A DNA stretch of 64,000 nt from a virus, in IMG/VR virus record IMGVR_UViG_3300035687_000003, positions 1 to 64,000 of that record, one strand, 5' to 3'. The position numbers and the translations under genes were made by a program. The notes beneath the pieces are model-generated. The model did not search any database. It was not told where the DNA came from and was given only the letters and a program-made list of their open reading frames with translations. Of this stretch, positions 9,404 through 18,567 are shown one piece after another. How positions within the stretch are numbered: the first letter of the stretch is position 1; each line of letters opens with the position of its first letter.

Positions 9404-10130
9404 CCCACTCCGCGAGTAGTCGCGCTCCCGCGTTCGTGAGTCGGATATTACCCATACGATTCATGGTCACATGCGTCTCATACATCCCGTTGATCGCAAG
9501 CTCCGTCAGATCCGACACCCGACGGCCGTTTCGATGGATGCGTTGGTTGCGCCAGTCGCCTTCGATGGTGAGCCATCCAGCTTTGACCCAGGTGAGTGCC
9601 AAGTGAAGCACGGGGTCGACCTTCGCGGCGCTGGCCTGTAGCGCTTCACGGGAATCATTGCTTCTGCCCGGCCCAACCACGCCTCGGATCTCTTCAGCGG
9701 TATGCGAGTTGCACACTGCGACCCGGCCGGACAGTGACATTGTGGGGACGAATCGCCAGGTAAGTCGCTTGGGTATGTCCCGACCGAGATTGACGTCGCA
9801 CACGGCGCACCAGATGTCCGTCCAAATCGCGTAGTCGGCGCATCTTCTGGGTTCACTCATTTCCTTAGCGATCACCTTGGGATCAAACAATGGATCACCC
9901 GCCACCGCGTACTCCGGATCGGTGACCGCCACAATGGCGTCGATCGACATGGTGGCACTTCGGATCTCGTCAATCGTGTGTGAACTACAGGCAGAGACGG
10001 GACCGGAGACCGTAGCCCATGTCCGCCACTTAACCCGTTTAGACCGAGTAGGGCCAAGGTCAGCATTGCACGCGACGCATCGCGTTGGATTCCAGTCGCC
10101 GACGTCGGCGCATCTTCCCGGTTCACTCAT
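9378..10130 (-). CDS. Protein with a tandem-duplicated Cys/His (Zn-finger-like) domain
   Basis: Two copies of MSEPxRCAD..W...CxxC..DLG...W....CxSHTxxEIR. Confidence 0.7.
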   Translation of the reverse strand: MSEPGRCADVGDWNPTRCVACNADLGPTRSKRVKWRTWATVSGPVSACSSHTIDEIRSATMSIDAIVAVTDPEYAVAGDPLFDPKVIAKEMSEPRRCADYAIWTDIWCAVCDVNLGRDIPKRLTWRFVPTMSLSGRVAVCNSHTAEEIRGVVGPGRSNDSREALQASAAKVDPVLHLALTWVKAGWLTIEGDWRNQRIHRNGRRVSDLTELAINGMYETHVTMNRMGNIRLTNAGARLLAEWDAQVMGGK

Positions 10131-10287
10131 CTTTTCTCAATTCCCGATCCTCGGCGTCCAGTGCCTTCAGTAGCAGGTACGTGATGGATTGCCCCATAAA
10201 ACGGTGTGTCCGCGCAGCGTGAGCCTTTACTCGCTCACGTACCTCTGGCGGCGGCCGGTAGATGATGGGCGATATTCGTTTCTCCAC
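10123..10287 (-). CDS. Ribbon-helix-helix (Arc-like) DNA-binding protein, 54 aa (not in ORF track)
   Basis: VEKRISPIIYRPPPEVRERVKAHAARTHRFMGQSITYLLLKALD; directly downstream of a promoter. Confidence 0.7.
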   Translation of the reverse strand: MEKRISPIIYRPPPEVRERVKAHAARTHRFMGQSITYLLLKALDAEDRELRKDE

Positions 10288-10293
10288 AGCGAC

Positions 10294-10322
10294 ACGATAC
10301 CAGATGGTAGCGCCCCGGTCAA
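10294..10322 (-). promoter_or_regulatory. SigA-like leaderless promoter TTGACC-N17-TATCGT
   Basis: -10 box lies 6 nt before the GTG at 10287. Confidence 0.65.
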
Positions 10323-10374
10323 CTCCCGGTCGAACAGAGGACGCTAGACACGGTAGTACTACTGCGGTGAAACA

Positions 10375-10824
10375 TCACTCGGTCACCAACTGGCGCGTAG
10401 ATCGTGGCCGGGTCAGTGCAATCACCGGGCAAACACGGCCCTCGTAGATCCGCACCGGGATACCCGCGGTCCGCGCAAGATCGATGCAGCCGCGGGTACC
10501 AGGGGACGACCCGATCGGAAACGTCAGGCAGATGTCCGCCCCGAGCTTCACCATCTCAGCGTTGCGCCGTGGACCAGCTGCGCGGCCGTAGCGGTTCCAG
10601 TCCGCCGGGTGGCATTCCACGGCCCAACCCCAGGCATGCGCGATCTCGCCGGCCAGGGTGTCGGCACCACGGGCACCACCATGCACGATCACCGGTGGCG
10701 GCCTGCCGTCACGCACTTCGGGTGACACTGCCGCGGCCCAGTCACAGATCGCCCGGACAATGACGCGACGGTCGGCAAGGTGACGAGATCCGGTGATGAG
10801 GATCCGTAACGGGTCAGTCGTCAT
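10375..10824 (-). CDS. SLOG family protein (DUF2493/YspA-like)
   Basis: ILITGSR, IVHGGARGAD, ADW..YGRAAGPRRNAEMV, SPGTR. Confidence 0.9.
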   Translation of the reverse strand: MTTDPLRILITGSRHLADRRVIVRAICDWAAAVSPEVRDGRPPPVIVHGGARGADTLAGEIAHAWGWAVECHPADWNRYGRAAGPRRNAEMVKLGADICLTFPIGSSPGTRGCIDLARTAGIPVRIYEGRVCPVIALTRPRSTRQLVTE

Positions 10825-11084
10825 CTCAGTCCCCGGCGAGCTTTGTCCGCTTCAGTCATCTCCGGTCCGGCCCATCGACCGTTGCGGAAAAACATGACTC
10901 GGTCACCGCTCGGAGTAAAGATCGTTCGAGGATCGACGCAGCCGCCATGATCACCACGGGCACTACGGTGTCGATCGAACAGGCCAGTGGCACTGAAATC
11001 CCGATGACAAGATCCACAGTGAGCTGCGCCGATAGCAGTCCACGTGGCCCTGCAGCCGGAGCAGGTGATGGGCGGCTCAGGCAT
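10821..11084 (-). CDS. Phage FDXHR zinc-binding protein
   Basis: CxxCxxxW...HCxxCHxxF....FDRHR. Confidence 0.8.
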   Translation of the reverse strand: MPEPPITCSGCRATWTAIGAAHCGSCHRDFSATGLFDRHRSARGDHGGCVDPRTIFTPSGDRVMFFRNGRWAGPEMTEADKARRGLR

Positions 11085-11511
11085 GCGCGCTCCCGTAGCG
11101 ATTCCCGGTGCCACGATCCGCGCTGGAGCCGCAAACAGAGCTTCCAGGGGTACCAGTGCCCGCCGTGGCGTCCTGGAGGCTCTGAGCCGCGTCCACGGCG
11201 TCTGTCCCCCGCTCCAGTCGCCGCGCGGCCCACGTGAGCCGGTAGCTCGTCGTCGCCCGCGTGGCGTACCGGCTGGATCGCCGGCTATAGATCCAGCCCG
11301 CGGCGCATGCCTCGGTCAGCAGGCCCAGTGCGGTGGCGCGGGTGATGCCGGTCAGATCGCACATGAGATCCGCCAGATCGGCCCCGGTCGCCTCGTCGAT
11401 CAAGTGCAACTCATCCCACACGGCCCGCCAAGCGGGGCCGATCTTCTCACCCCGCGATGGATAGCACGTTTCACTGAAATCGGGGGCCGTGGTGGTGATC
11501 CGGTCGTTCAC
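11077..11511 (-). CDS. Putative winged-helix DNA-binding protein
   Basis: KIGPAWRAVWDEL...GITRATALGLLTEA..AGWI...YRLT. Confidence 0.55.
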   Translation of the reverse strand: MNDRITTTAPDFSETCYPSRGEKIGPAWRAVWDELHLIDEATGADLADLMCDLTGITRATALGLLTEACAAGWIYSRRSSRYATRATTSYRLTWAARRLERGTDAVDAAQSLQDATAGTGTPGSSVCGSSADRGTGNRYGSAHA

Positions 11512-11771
11512 GACAAGTCCCGCTCAGACCGCAGTTCACCCTGGTCTTCGGCCGGGGTGGCCGGCCCGACCAACCCGAGTTTGGTCAGCTCGGCTGTGAT
11601 CGCATCCTCAGTCTCTCCGCCGACGATGAGTACCTGCAAGCCGGGCAGGCCGACGTCGATCCCGTTGACACGGATCGGTTGGCCGCGCAGCAGCCATCGA
11701 GCGTTGAGCCGCGACAACCCGAGCAGCAGCAGAGTGTCGCCATCGGCGGTGCGACCGGTTGCCTTAATCAT
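11508..11771 (-). CDS. Hypothetical protein
   Basis: MIKATG..LLLLGLSRLN..L..GQPI; GGAT/GGCGG upstream; coupled to next gene. Confidence 0.6.
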   Translation of the reverse strand: MIKATGRTADGDTLLLLGLSRLNARWLLRGQPIRVNGIDVGLPGLQVLIVGGETEDAITAELTKLGLVGPATPAEDQGELRSERDLS

Positions 11772-12093
11772 GGGTTGATCCGCCAGGTATCTCCACAATC
11801 TCCTTATCGGTATTATTTTCATTCTCGGTAAACGTACCACAATGCTTGCAGTGCGGTGCATCAAGGCTCATGGAGTTGTGCGCGAACTCAGCAACATCTT
11901 TAAGCTCTCTACTGATCACATGGGCCGCGTTAATTGCATCACTTTCATCGCCGGCGTATCCGCTGTCCCATAGCACCAATGCGACGAGCCACCCAGGCTC
12001 ACCGTTTCGCTTAGGAACGACGATCGTAGCGGGGATATAGCGTCGAATACTGCGCACAACCCAATCGGTGGGATTCATGTTAATCTCCTTCAT
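11764..12093 (-). CDS. Hypothetical protein
   Basis: AAGGAG RBS before an internal Met. Confidence 0.55.
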   Translation of the reverse strand: MKEINMNPTDWVVRSIRRYIPATIVVPKRNGEPGWLVALVLWDSGYAGDESDAINAAHVISRELKDVAEFAHNSMSLDAPHCKHCGTFTENENNTDKEIVEIPGGSTHD

Positions 12094-12162
12094 TTAGGAT
12101 GTTCATGGTGACTATCTGCCTTCTTCCTGCCCTGAATGGCAATACGGACCGCACCGCCACTC

Positions 12163-14739
12163 CTATTCGTCCTCTCCGGCCGACGGGATGACCGGCCAAC
12201 GGTCCAGGTGGTCGCCGCCGTCATCGGGGACGCCGTAGGCGCACTGGGCGCAGATGCTCAGGCCGTGCATGGTCCGGCTGTCACTGCCGCCGCAGCGGCG
12301 ACATTCCAGCCTTGGTCCTTCGACTACTCCGGCGGTCGGCGCATCACGATCTCCGATGCCAGGACCGCTGAGCCTCGAGCTGTCGGTGGCGTCCCGTGCT
12401 GAGCTTCCCGGGCGTCCATCGCCTCCGCGGTCAGTTGTTCCACTGTCGCTGTCAGTGTCCAGCCGTGGAGATCCGCGAAGGCTTCCAGCCGGGCACGGAT
12501 CTCCGGGTTCAGTGTGAGGTTCGTCGGTACCTTCCGGCGGCCCGCTGTGTTCCAGCTCCGAGTCATGGCCCCACCCTACTTTGCGCGCGCGCGTTTCGGT
12601 GTCAGCCTCGCGCGCAGGAACGCGCATGGCCCCACTGTCGCCACTGGCATAACTACCTGGTCCAGCAGTTAGGCCAGTGGCCCCACTGGTAGGCGCGCTG
12701 TCAGGCCACTCCCCAGTGGGGCCACCAGTGGGGCCACTAGTGGGGCCACTGTATATATGCTGGTCAGCAGCAGTAGATACAGTGGGGCCACCCCGCTCCC
12801 CCGTGCGCGCGAGGCCAGTGGCCGCACTGGCCCCACTGTCAGGCCACGCCGGTAGCGACCAGTAAGTGACCCGCGGGAACCCCTCGGCCGAGATCTTGAC
12901 CTTGAGGGAGCCGCGGGCACGGGTCAGCGTGCGCTCAGAGATCCCCGCCGCGTTCGCTGCTCGTTTCGCGTCGCTGGACTTCACCCGACCTTGCCCTAAG
13001 TAATCACGCAGCCAGTCCCGAGCCTCGTTGCGCTCAGACCGGTCAGACGCGCCCTCCCCGCCGTCCAGCAGGTCCCTGGCGTCGTCATCGGTGTCGCCCA
13101 GCCACGTCACCTTCCCCACCGACGTCGGACCCTCTGGTGTGTCCACCGTGGCCGGCTCGATCTGCAACGCCAGCGACGAGGTGTCCATCGGTGCCAGGTT
13201 CGACTTGGACCCCGTCAGGACCAGCCGGCCAGTGTCGGAGTCCAGCGCGATCGCCAGGGTGGACCGGGCGACCTGCGACCATGCGATCGACCCGAGAATC
13301 AGCTTCCCGGTGTCGCTGGATTCCCGCTTACCGAAGTGGACGATACCGAGTACTGCGCAGCCGGTCCGTTCACCCACTTTAGTGGCAATAGCTTCCAGCG
13401 CTTGACGCATCTGGCGGTCTTTATCACCATCCAGCTTCCCGTCGATCACGCTGGTCGCCGCGTCCAACACAACCATAACGGCGTTATGTTCCATTACCGC
13501 TTCGGCAAGTAGCTCAGTGTCGAATGGCAATACGATCGATGTCGCCGTATCGTCAGGATTGAGCGCGTTAAGGAATATCACTCGCGTCAGATCCGCGCCG
13601 GCTGCTACTAGCCGTGGGACGATAGTGAAATCACGGGCATCCTCGGAGTGGATGTAGACGACCACGCCAGGAATCCCATGTGACTCACCCATTAAATCGC
13701 CGCGCGTCACCTGTGCGGTCAATTCCACCGCGAGGGTAGATTTGCCTAACCCTTCGCGACCCGCGAGCAGTGTCAACCCGCCGAGTGGAATACGATTCTC
13801 CCAGAGCCATCGCGTTCGGCGCATAATCACCTCACTGGCATACACGGGTTGCAACCGACGCATCGGTGGATTGTCGTCAGAATGACTTTCCAGCTCAACG
13901 GGACCCGCTCGGTGGCCGTTAGATCCTATAGTCGGCACGGGTATAAGTTGGTCGAGGGTGAACCCAGCGTCAAGATGGTCCGAGACATCAGATTTAGGCG
14001 TGTCTAGCTTGCCTCGGACCAGCCTAACCGACTTAGCTACACCGGTCAGCAGGGCCACTGTGTGACGAGCGTGATTGTATCCGGCTTTATCGTAGTCAGC
14101 TATTACGGTAACATTAGCGCCGGCAAGCAATGGATTATATTCAGACAGCCAAGACGGTGGTGATGCGCCGTCCTCGGTAGTGGTAGCCACTTTACCTAGA
14201 GCGGCCAACCGATTGGCATCTTTCTCTCCCTCGCATATGAAGATATGCTCACCGTGAGCAACTCCATCGATCAACTCGGGGAGCCTGAAAAGCGTCTTGG
14301 GTACATTCGGGGGCCGCTTATAAACCCATTTGCCGTTCGGGCCGCGATGGCGGTAGATAAAGCCTTTATCTCTCTTACCGTCGCCGAGCATCCGGAGGCG
14401 CTGAAAACGTTCCGTACCATCCGGCGCACGGTACGGGTAGGTCTCTAGTATCGTAAACCCGTTTCTCGGGGCGGTTTCTCGGGGAGTAAATAAATCAGAT
14501 TCTCTCAATCCCAACGCAGCGCAAATATCGCTGGTACTGCATTCGGCACTGCGGCACTTGAGAAAAACGGTATCGAGTCCATGCTTATCAATGCCAGGGT
14601 CTACGGAAAGTGACGGGCGTCTGTCGTCATGTGCAGGGCATTGTGCGTCGAATCCACGTTTTGTGGCATGCATGGTGGACCCGTGTCGACGCAGTGCAGC
14701 GATGATACGGTCGAATGGAGTGAATGCGGCGGCTGTCAC
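12163..14739 (-). CDS. DNA primase/helicase (Zn-finger + TOPRIM + RepA/AAA_25 helicase)
   Basis: QCPAHDD..PSLS...CRSAEC; FICEGEKDA; ADYDKAG; Walker A LAGREGLGKST; VVLDA; VHFGK. Confidence 0.9.
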   Translation of the reverse strand: MTAAAFTPFDRIIAALRRHGSTMHATKRGFDAQCPAHDDRRPSLSVDPGIDKHGLDTVFLKCRSAECSTSDICAALGLRESDLFTPRETAPRNGFTILETYPYRAPDGTERFQRLRMLGDGKRDKGFIYRHRGPNGKWVYKRPPNVPKTLFRLPELIDGVAHGEHIFICEGEKDANRLAALGKVATTTEDGASPPSWLSEYNPLLAGANVTVIADYDKAGYNHARHTVALLTGVAKSVRLVRGKLDTPKSDVSDHLDAGFTLDQLIPVPTIGSNGHRAGPVELESHSDDNPPMRRLQPVYASEVIMRRTRWLWENRIPLGGLTLLAGREGLGKSTLAVELTAQVTRGDLMGESHGIPGVVVYIHSEDARDFTIVPRLVAAGADLTRVIFLNALNPDDTATSIVLPFDTELLAEAVMEHNAVMVVLDAATSVIDGKLDGDKDRQMRQALEAIATKVGERTGCAVLGIVHFGKRESSDTGKLILGSIAWSQVARSTLAIALDSDTGRLVLTGSKSNLAPMDTSSLALQIEPATVDTPEGPTSVGKVTWLGDTDDDARDLLDGGEGASDRSERNEARDWLRDYLGQGRVKSSDAKRAANAAGISERTLTRARGSLKVKISAEGFPRVTYWSLPAWPDSGASAATGLARTGERGGPTVSTAADQHIYSGPTSGPTGGPTGEWPDSAPTSGATGLTAGPGSYASGDSGAMRVPAREADTETRARKVGWGHDSELEHSGPPEGTDEPHTEPGDPCPAGSLRGSPRLDTDSDSGTTDRGGDGRPGSSARDATDSSRLSGPGIGDRDAPTAGVVEGPRLECRRCGGSDSRTMHGLSICAQCAYGVPDDGGDHLDRWPVIPSAGEDE
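12324..12566 (-). CDS. Ribbon-helix-helix protein overlapping the primase C-terminus in another frame
   Basis: KVPTNLTLNPEIRARLEAFADLHGWTLTATVEQL fits the RHH/CopG pattern, while the primase frame is low-complexity here. Confidence 0.6.
   Translation of the reverse strand: MTRSWNTAGRRKVPTNLTLNPEIRARLEAFADLHGWTLTATVEQLTAEAMDAREAQHGTPPTARGSAVLASEIVMRRPPE
12626..12838. repeat. Iteron-like array, 7 copies of (C/T)AGTGGGGCCA(C): probable replication origin
   Basis: Direct copies at 12714, 12726, 12738, 12780; inverted copies at 12626, 12677, 12827; GTATATAT at about 12751. Confidence 0.75.
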
Positions 14740-14746
14740 CCTAGGT

Positions 14747-15241
14747 TCACCCTGGGCATCCCGCGACGGCGGCAGTCAGGTCCGGTGGTTCATAGTCCGG
14801 CCCCTTGAGGATCTTGCCCGCAGGATGCTTCACCGGCTGACCGTTCGCCGGCATTTTCGTCATGTTGGACCGGTGCACCTCAACCAACGCCGCGTCAAGG
14901 TCAATGCCCCAGGTCAACGCCGCACCGTTGATCACGTAGGCGAGATCGGCCAGGGCGTCGGCCACCGCAATGATGTCGCTGGCCGCTAGCGCGTCGCGGA
15001 GCTCAGCCAACTCCTCCTCGATCAACGCCAGCCGCAGTGCCGCAGTCGGTTCGTCGCTAAGCGGGACACCGATAGCGACACCGAAGCGTCGGTGAAACTC
15101 GGCCACTTGCACAAGCGGACTCACGTGCACCGCACCAGGCGGAACGGGGCACAGTTCGGTACTGGCGCGCTCACACCGGGTCCGTGAGTCCCGTGTCATA
15201 GTGCGGGACACCACGGCTCCCGGAAGATCGTGTACATTCAT
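14747..15241 (-). CDS. MazG-like nucleotide pyrophosphohydrolase
   Basis: VAEFH..FG, LIEEELAEL, ADALADLAYV, EVHRSNMTK, GKILKGPDY; true start may be near 15113. Confidence 0.9.
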   Translation of the reverse strand: MNVHDLPGAVVSRTMTRDSRTRCERASTELCPVPPGAVHVSPLVQVAEFHRRFGVAIGVPLSDEPTAALRLALIEEELAELRDALAASDIIAVADALADLAYVINGAALTWGIDLDAALVEVHRSNMTKMPANGQPVKHPAGKILKGPDYEPPDLTAAVAGCPG

Positions 15242-15339
15242 GAATCAACCGTCCTCTTGGCAGATGCGGCGGTGAAGCAAGTCAGGCAGTAGCAGTGCGG
15301 GCGACGGCGCTATCCGGGCAGGAGCGCCGTCGCTTGCGT

Positions 15340-15684
15340 TCAGGGGTCAGCACCGCGGTCCCGCAGGAATCGGCAGCAGGCGGGATCATGCTGCTGGATG
15401 ATCATGTCAGTGATCCCCTCATCGATCGCTGGGCGTCGGACCAGCTCAACCCATTGCCGCGTGGTTGCACCAATGGCAGCCCGTAGCCGGACCTCCCGCG
15501 ACTCACCGAGAAGATCGAGTGTGGCTAGTAGTCGAGTCACTATCGGCTCGTCGGTCTGCTCAATGATCGTTAGTGGGGTACCGCAGCACTCACACGGGAC
15601 AGACTTCAGGTCCGACCATGCGCCGTACCGGAGGAGGGACCACGAACGCTCGCCGGCTTCGCTGGCACGGGGATCACTGGGCAT
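15340..15684 (-). CDS. Hypothetical protein
   Basis: CECCG motif; overlaps the upstream gene. Confidence 0.5.
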   Translation of the reverse strand: MPSDPRASEAGERSWSLLRYGAWSDLKSVPCECCGTPLTIIEQTDEPIVTRLLATLDLLGESREVRLRAAIGATTRQWVELVRRPAIDEGITDMIIQQHDPACCRFLRDRGADP

Positions 15685-15901
15685 TGGGGGTCTCCGCAGG
15701 GCAGCGCGGCAGGGCGTCCAACGTATCCCAGTGCGCCGTCGTCAGCTCCCGATGACGAGCTGCGAGCATCGTCACCAGCGTGTCGACACTGTGCCGCGCC
15801 GCAGCTGCCCGTCGGGCACGATCCGACCGTGCATCTGGGCTCATGGTCTTCGCGGCCGCATGGCCACCGAGGCGACCGGACTCCGCGCGATCCATCGTCA
15901 T
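15674..15901 (-). CDS. Small basic protein (GRLGG...RSDRARRAAAAR family), first gene of the leftward operon
   Basis: Motif resembles GxxGGxARAxxLxPExRSxIARKAAxAR proteins; TAAGCT 6 nt upstream (leaderless). Confidence 0.65.
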   Translation of the reverse strand: MTMDRAESGRLGGHAAAKTMSPDARSDRARRAAAARHSVDTLVTMLAARHRELTTAHWDTLDALPRCPAETPNAQ

Positions 15902-16249
15902 GGCGCTAGCTTAGCTTGCTCAGCGTCTAGGGGTACCTGTACGGTGCAGATGCTCGGCGGGTGGCGTGGACAGCCACGTAATGACCAGGGTTAGTGCAGC
16001 GGGCTGGATGGCTGTGTAACAGGGAGCCTGGCCCTGGTAGCCCCCGTCGGGCTCACGCGCGCTATCCTCGACGCCGACGCCACCGCATGACGTCAAGGCG
16101 GCCCCGGAGCTGGGCGAGGCACCGGGGCCGCCGTCATGCCTGCGGTACGTACTGGCGGACGTACCGCAGCACGGCCGTTCGACTGCCCGGCCGCTAGCTT
16201 GGCAGGACTACCTCAGCTGCCGCATGCTAGCGAGTGCTACTCTCATCTT

Positions 16250-16273
16250 GAGGTACCGTTACAGCGGTACCTC
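16250..16273. promoter_or_regulatory. Palindrome GAGGTACCG-N6-CGGTACCTC upstream of GntR (candidate operator)
   Basis: Perfect 9-bp arms between TACTCT and the RBS of the GntR gene. Confidence 0.55.
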
Positions 16274-16293
16274 CTCCTGTCCGGGGGACACTC

Positions 16294-17031
16294 ATGGCCA
16301 ATGGTTACGAGGGCATCGCCGATGAACTACGTGCCGCGATCCACCGCGGGGACTACCCGCCTCGCGCGTTCCTGCCCACCGAAGAAGAACTCGCTAAGCG
16401 CTACCAGGTTGCTATCGGCACCATCCGTCGCGCCACCGACCAGCTCCAGGCCGAAGGCCTCATCGACAAGACCCGCCGGGGTAGTGAAGTGAAGCCCCGC
16501 AAGCTGCTCCGTCTCCTCGCCACACGTTACGACGAGATCACGCCGGGAGCCGGACCCTGGGAGAGGGCCTGCGCTGAGCAGGGCTACGTCGGGAATACTG
16601 TCGTGCTGGCCGTGGAGCAGCAGCCGGCTCCCGACGGCATCGCCGAGCACCTCGGCATTCCGCCCGGCTCACCGGTCGTTCGCCGCGACAATCACATGAA
16701 GATCGGCGATGAAGTGCTGCAGCTGCAGACCACGTGGCTGCCACTGGCGATCGCGGAAGGGACCCCACTGGCCAAGCTCGGCAAGGTGGTCGCCGGCATC
16801 TACGGGGGTCTCATCGCCGCTGGGCACCGGCCCGCGACGGCGATGGACACTGTCACGAGCCACCGGTCGACGAAAGAGCAGTCCGAAGTGTTCGGGTTGC
16901 GCATCGGGAGTCCCGTTTCCCATGTTCACCGCACCACGTTCAATGCGGCGGGTACCGCCATCGTGCACGTTCATCTGGTGGTCAACGCCGACCGCGTGTC
17001 GCTTGGGTATCCGCAGACCTTGTCTGTGTAG
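16294..17031 (+). CDS. GntR (HutC/KorSA-like) regulator with UTRA domain, candidate repressor
   Basis: YEGIADELRAAIHRGDYPP..LPTEEELAKRYQVAIGTIRRA; UTRA-like C-terminus; divergent from the replication arm. Confidence 0.92.
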   Translation: MANGYEGIADELRAAIHRGDYPPRAFLPTEEELAKRYQVAIGTIRRATDQLQAEGLIDKTRRGSEVKPRKLLRLLATRYDEITPGAGPWERACAEQGYVGNTVVLAVEQQPAPDGIAEHLGIPPGSPVVRRDNHMKIGDEVLQLQTTWLPLAIAEGTPLAKLGKVVAGIYGGLIAAGHRPATAMDTVTSHRSTKEQSEVFGLRIGSPVSHVHRTTFNAAGTAIVHVHLVVNADRVSLGYPQTLSV

Positions 17032-17052
17032 CACGTGCCGCAGTGTTAGGGG

Positions 17053-17238
17053 TTGGTGATGATGACCGCACCTCGGCCGGTTTCTCCGTTGGATCGCGAT
17101 GAGATGGTGGTCACTGCGGTTCGTGCGGCGCTGCGTCGGCGGTTGCCTGCCCTGCCCGCGTGGCTTCTCGATGATCTGACGACGGATGTGGTGGTCGCTG
17201 TGCTGGTCCCGGACCTGCTGGGTTTGCCACGCCCGTGA
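17053..17238 (+). CDS. Hypothetical protein
   Basis: Short ORF after GntR. Confidence 0.4.
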   Translation: MVMMTAPRPVSPLDRDEMVVTAVRAALRRRLPALPAWLLDDLTTDVVVAVLVPDLLGLPRP

Positions 17239-17269
17239 TCGTTTCTCATGCGAACGTGGTCCAAGTCAC

Positions 17270-17298
17270 TTGACAAGTGGGGTCCGATGCCCCATACT
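17270..17298 (+). promoter_or_regulatory. SigA-like leaderless promoter TTGACA-N17-CATACT
   Basis: Consensus -35; -10 box 6 nt before ATG 17305. Confidence 0.75.
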
Positions 17299-17304
17299 AG
17301 AGAT

Positions 17305-17796
17305 ATGACAGAGACAGAGACCACCATCCCGGCCGCGAATATCGGCACAACCGGATGGAAGCTCACCGGAATGTCGGAAGGCTCCGGCGGCTGCGACCAC
17401 TGCGGCCGATCCTTGAAACACCTGTACGCGGTAATCAACCCAGCCGGTGAGACTATGACTGTTGGCCGCGGATGCGTAAAGAAGCTCACCGGTTGGACAC
17501 TCAACGCCTCGCAGGCAGCGCAGGCTCTTCGCAGTGCGGCCCGCGGAGTGGAGATGGATCGTCGCCGCAGCATTGTCGGTGCCGAATGCCCCGAGCTTGC
17601 CGCGGCGCACGTTGAGCTGGAAGCCGCGGCCCGGACGCTGCGCGCGGAAGGGTTCGATCCCCAGGGAGCTTACGGCCGGGTCGGTCGTACGGTGGCAAAC
17701 AATGCAGCTCTATTCACTCAGGCGACTATTGCGGACCATCTCTGGAACGGCAGTAGTTATGGCACCTGGCAGGAATATCTAGCCCGGAATCTGTAG
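17305..17796 (+). CDS. Hypothetical Zn-binding protein
   Basis: CDHCGR...VGRGCV; start moved to 17305 on the basis of the promoter. Confidence 0.75.
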   Translation: MTETETTIPAANIGTTGWKLTGMSEGSGGCDHCGRSLKHLYAVINPAGETMTVGRGCVKKLTGWTLNASQAAQALRSAARGVEMDRRRSIVGAECPELAAAHVELEAAARTLRAEGFDPQGAYGRVGRTVANNAALFTQATIADHLWNGSSYGTWQEYLARNL

Positions 17797-17832
17797 AAGG
17801 TATCCGCATCATCTGATAAAGGAGAGAACGTC

Positions 17833-18189
17833 ATGAGAAAATCTGCTATTGCCAGGACGCCGACGGAAACCTTTGCGATTGGCGACAAGATTGAACCTAA
17901 CGACTTACCCGGCCTCATTCTCACCGTGCTAGAAGTTACGCAATGCCCAGACTACTGCGGCGGCTGCTCAGCTTACGTCGTCGAGAACGACATCGGTGAC
18001 AGGTACGCGCTTTGTGCGTATGAAGTCCATCGTGCGTCGATTCGCGGATTCGAGGGACTCTGCTCCAAGTGCGGTGAGATTTTCATCCCAGCCGATTTCG
18101 ATGACCTGGAGCACCTGGAGCGTGAAGACGGAACTGAGTGTGGTGGCCCTGGAATATTGTCGAACGCTTACGGAATGATTGTGCGGTAA
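17833..18189 (+). CDS. Hypothetical Cys-rich protein
   Basis: AAGGAG RBS. Confidence 0.7.
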   Translation: MRKSAIARTPTETFAIGDKIEPNDLPGLILTVLEVTQCPDYCGGCSAYVVENDIGDRYALCAYEVHRASIRGFEGLCSKCGEIFIPADFDDLEHLEREDGTECGGPGILSNAYGMIVR

Positions 18190-18229
18190 CCGGCGTACTT
18201 GTGAGTTGCGGAAGGAGACGAGGTGAATT

Positions 18230-18397
18230 ATGGGCCGCGTACAAGCTAAGTGTACTGTCACTGCATATCTTAGCGATCACAATTCGGAGCAAGACGATAC
18301 CGACCGAGCGTCGTTCGAAAATCTAGTAGAACGCATCCGGGAGCTGGCCGATGATCCGCAGTACGAGGAGCTCATGCTTGATGTTGACCGGATGTAA
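18230..18397 (+). CDS. Hypothetical 55-aa protein (not in ORF track)
   Basis: GAGGTG RBS; MGRVQAKCTVTAYLSDHNSEQD... Confidence 0.6.
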   Translation: MGRVQAKCTVTAYLSDHNSEQDDTDRASFENLVERIRELADDPQYEELMLDVDRM

Positions 18398-18405
18398 GGA
18401 GTGTC

Positions 18406-18567
18406 ATGGGAAATACGCCATATGTCGGCAGTGACGAGTGGCGCAACGCATCGCCGGTGGAACGCTTGGCTCGCATGCAGAACATCTCTCTGGAAGAGGC
18501 GACCAGGCGCATTTACGCCGCTATGCGGATTACGTCCGGAGAGCCTGGAGGCGATGAAGAAGATTAG
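18406..18567 (+). CDS. Hypothetical 53-aa protein (not in ORF track)
   Basis: AAGGAG RBS; MGNTPYVGSDEWRNASPVERLARMQNISLEEA. Confidence 0.6.
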   Translation: MGNTPYVGSDEWRNASPVERLARMQNISLEEATRRIYAAMRITSGEPGGDEED

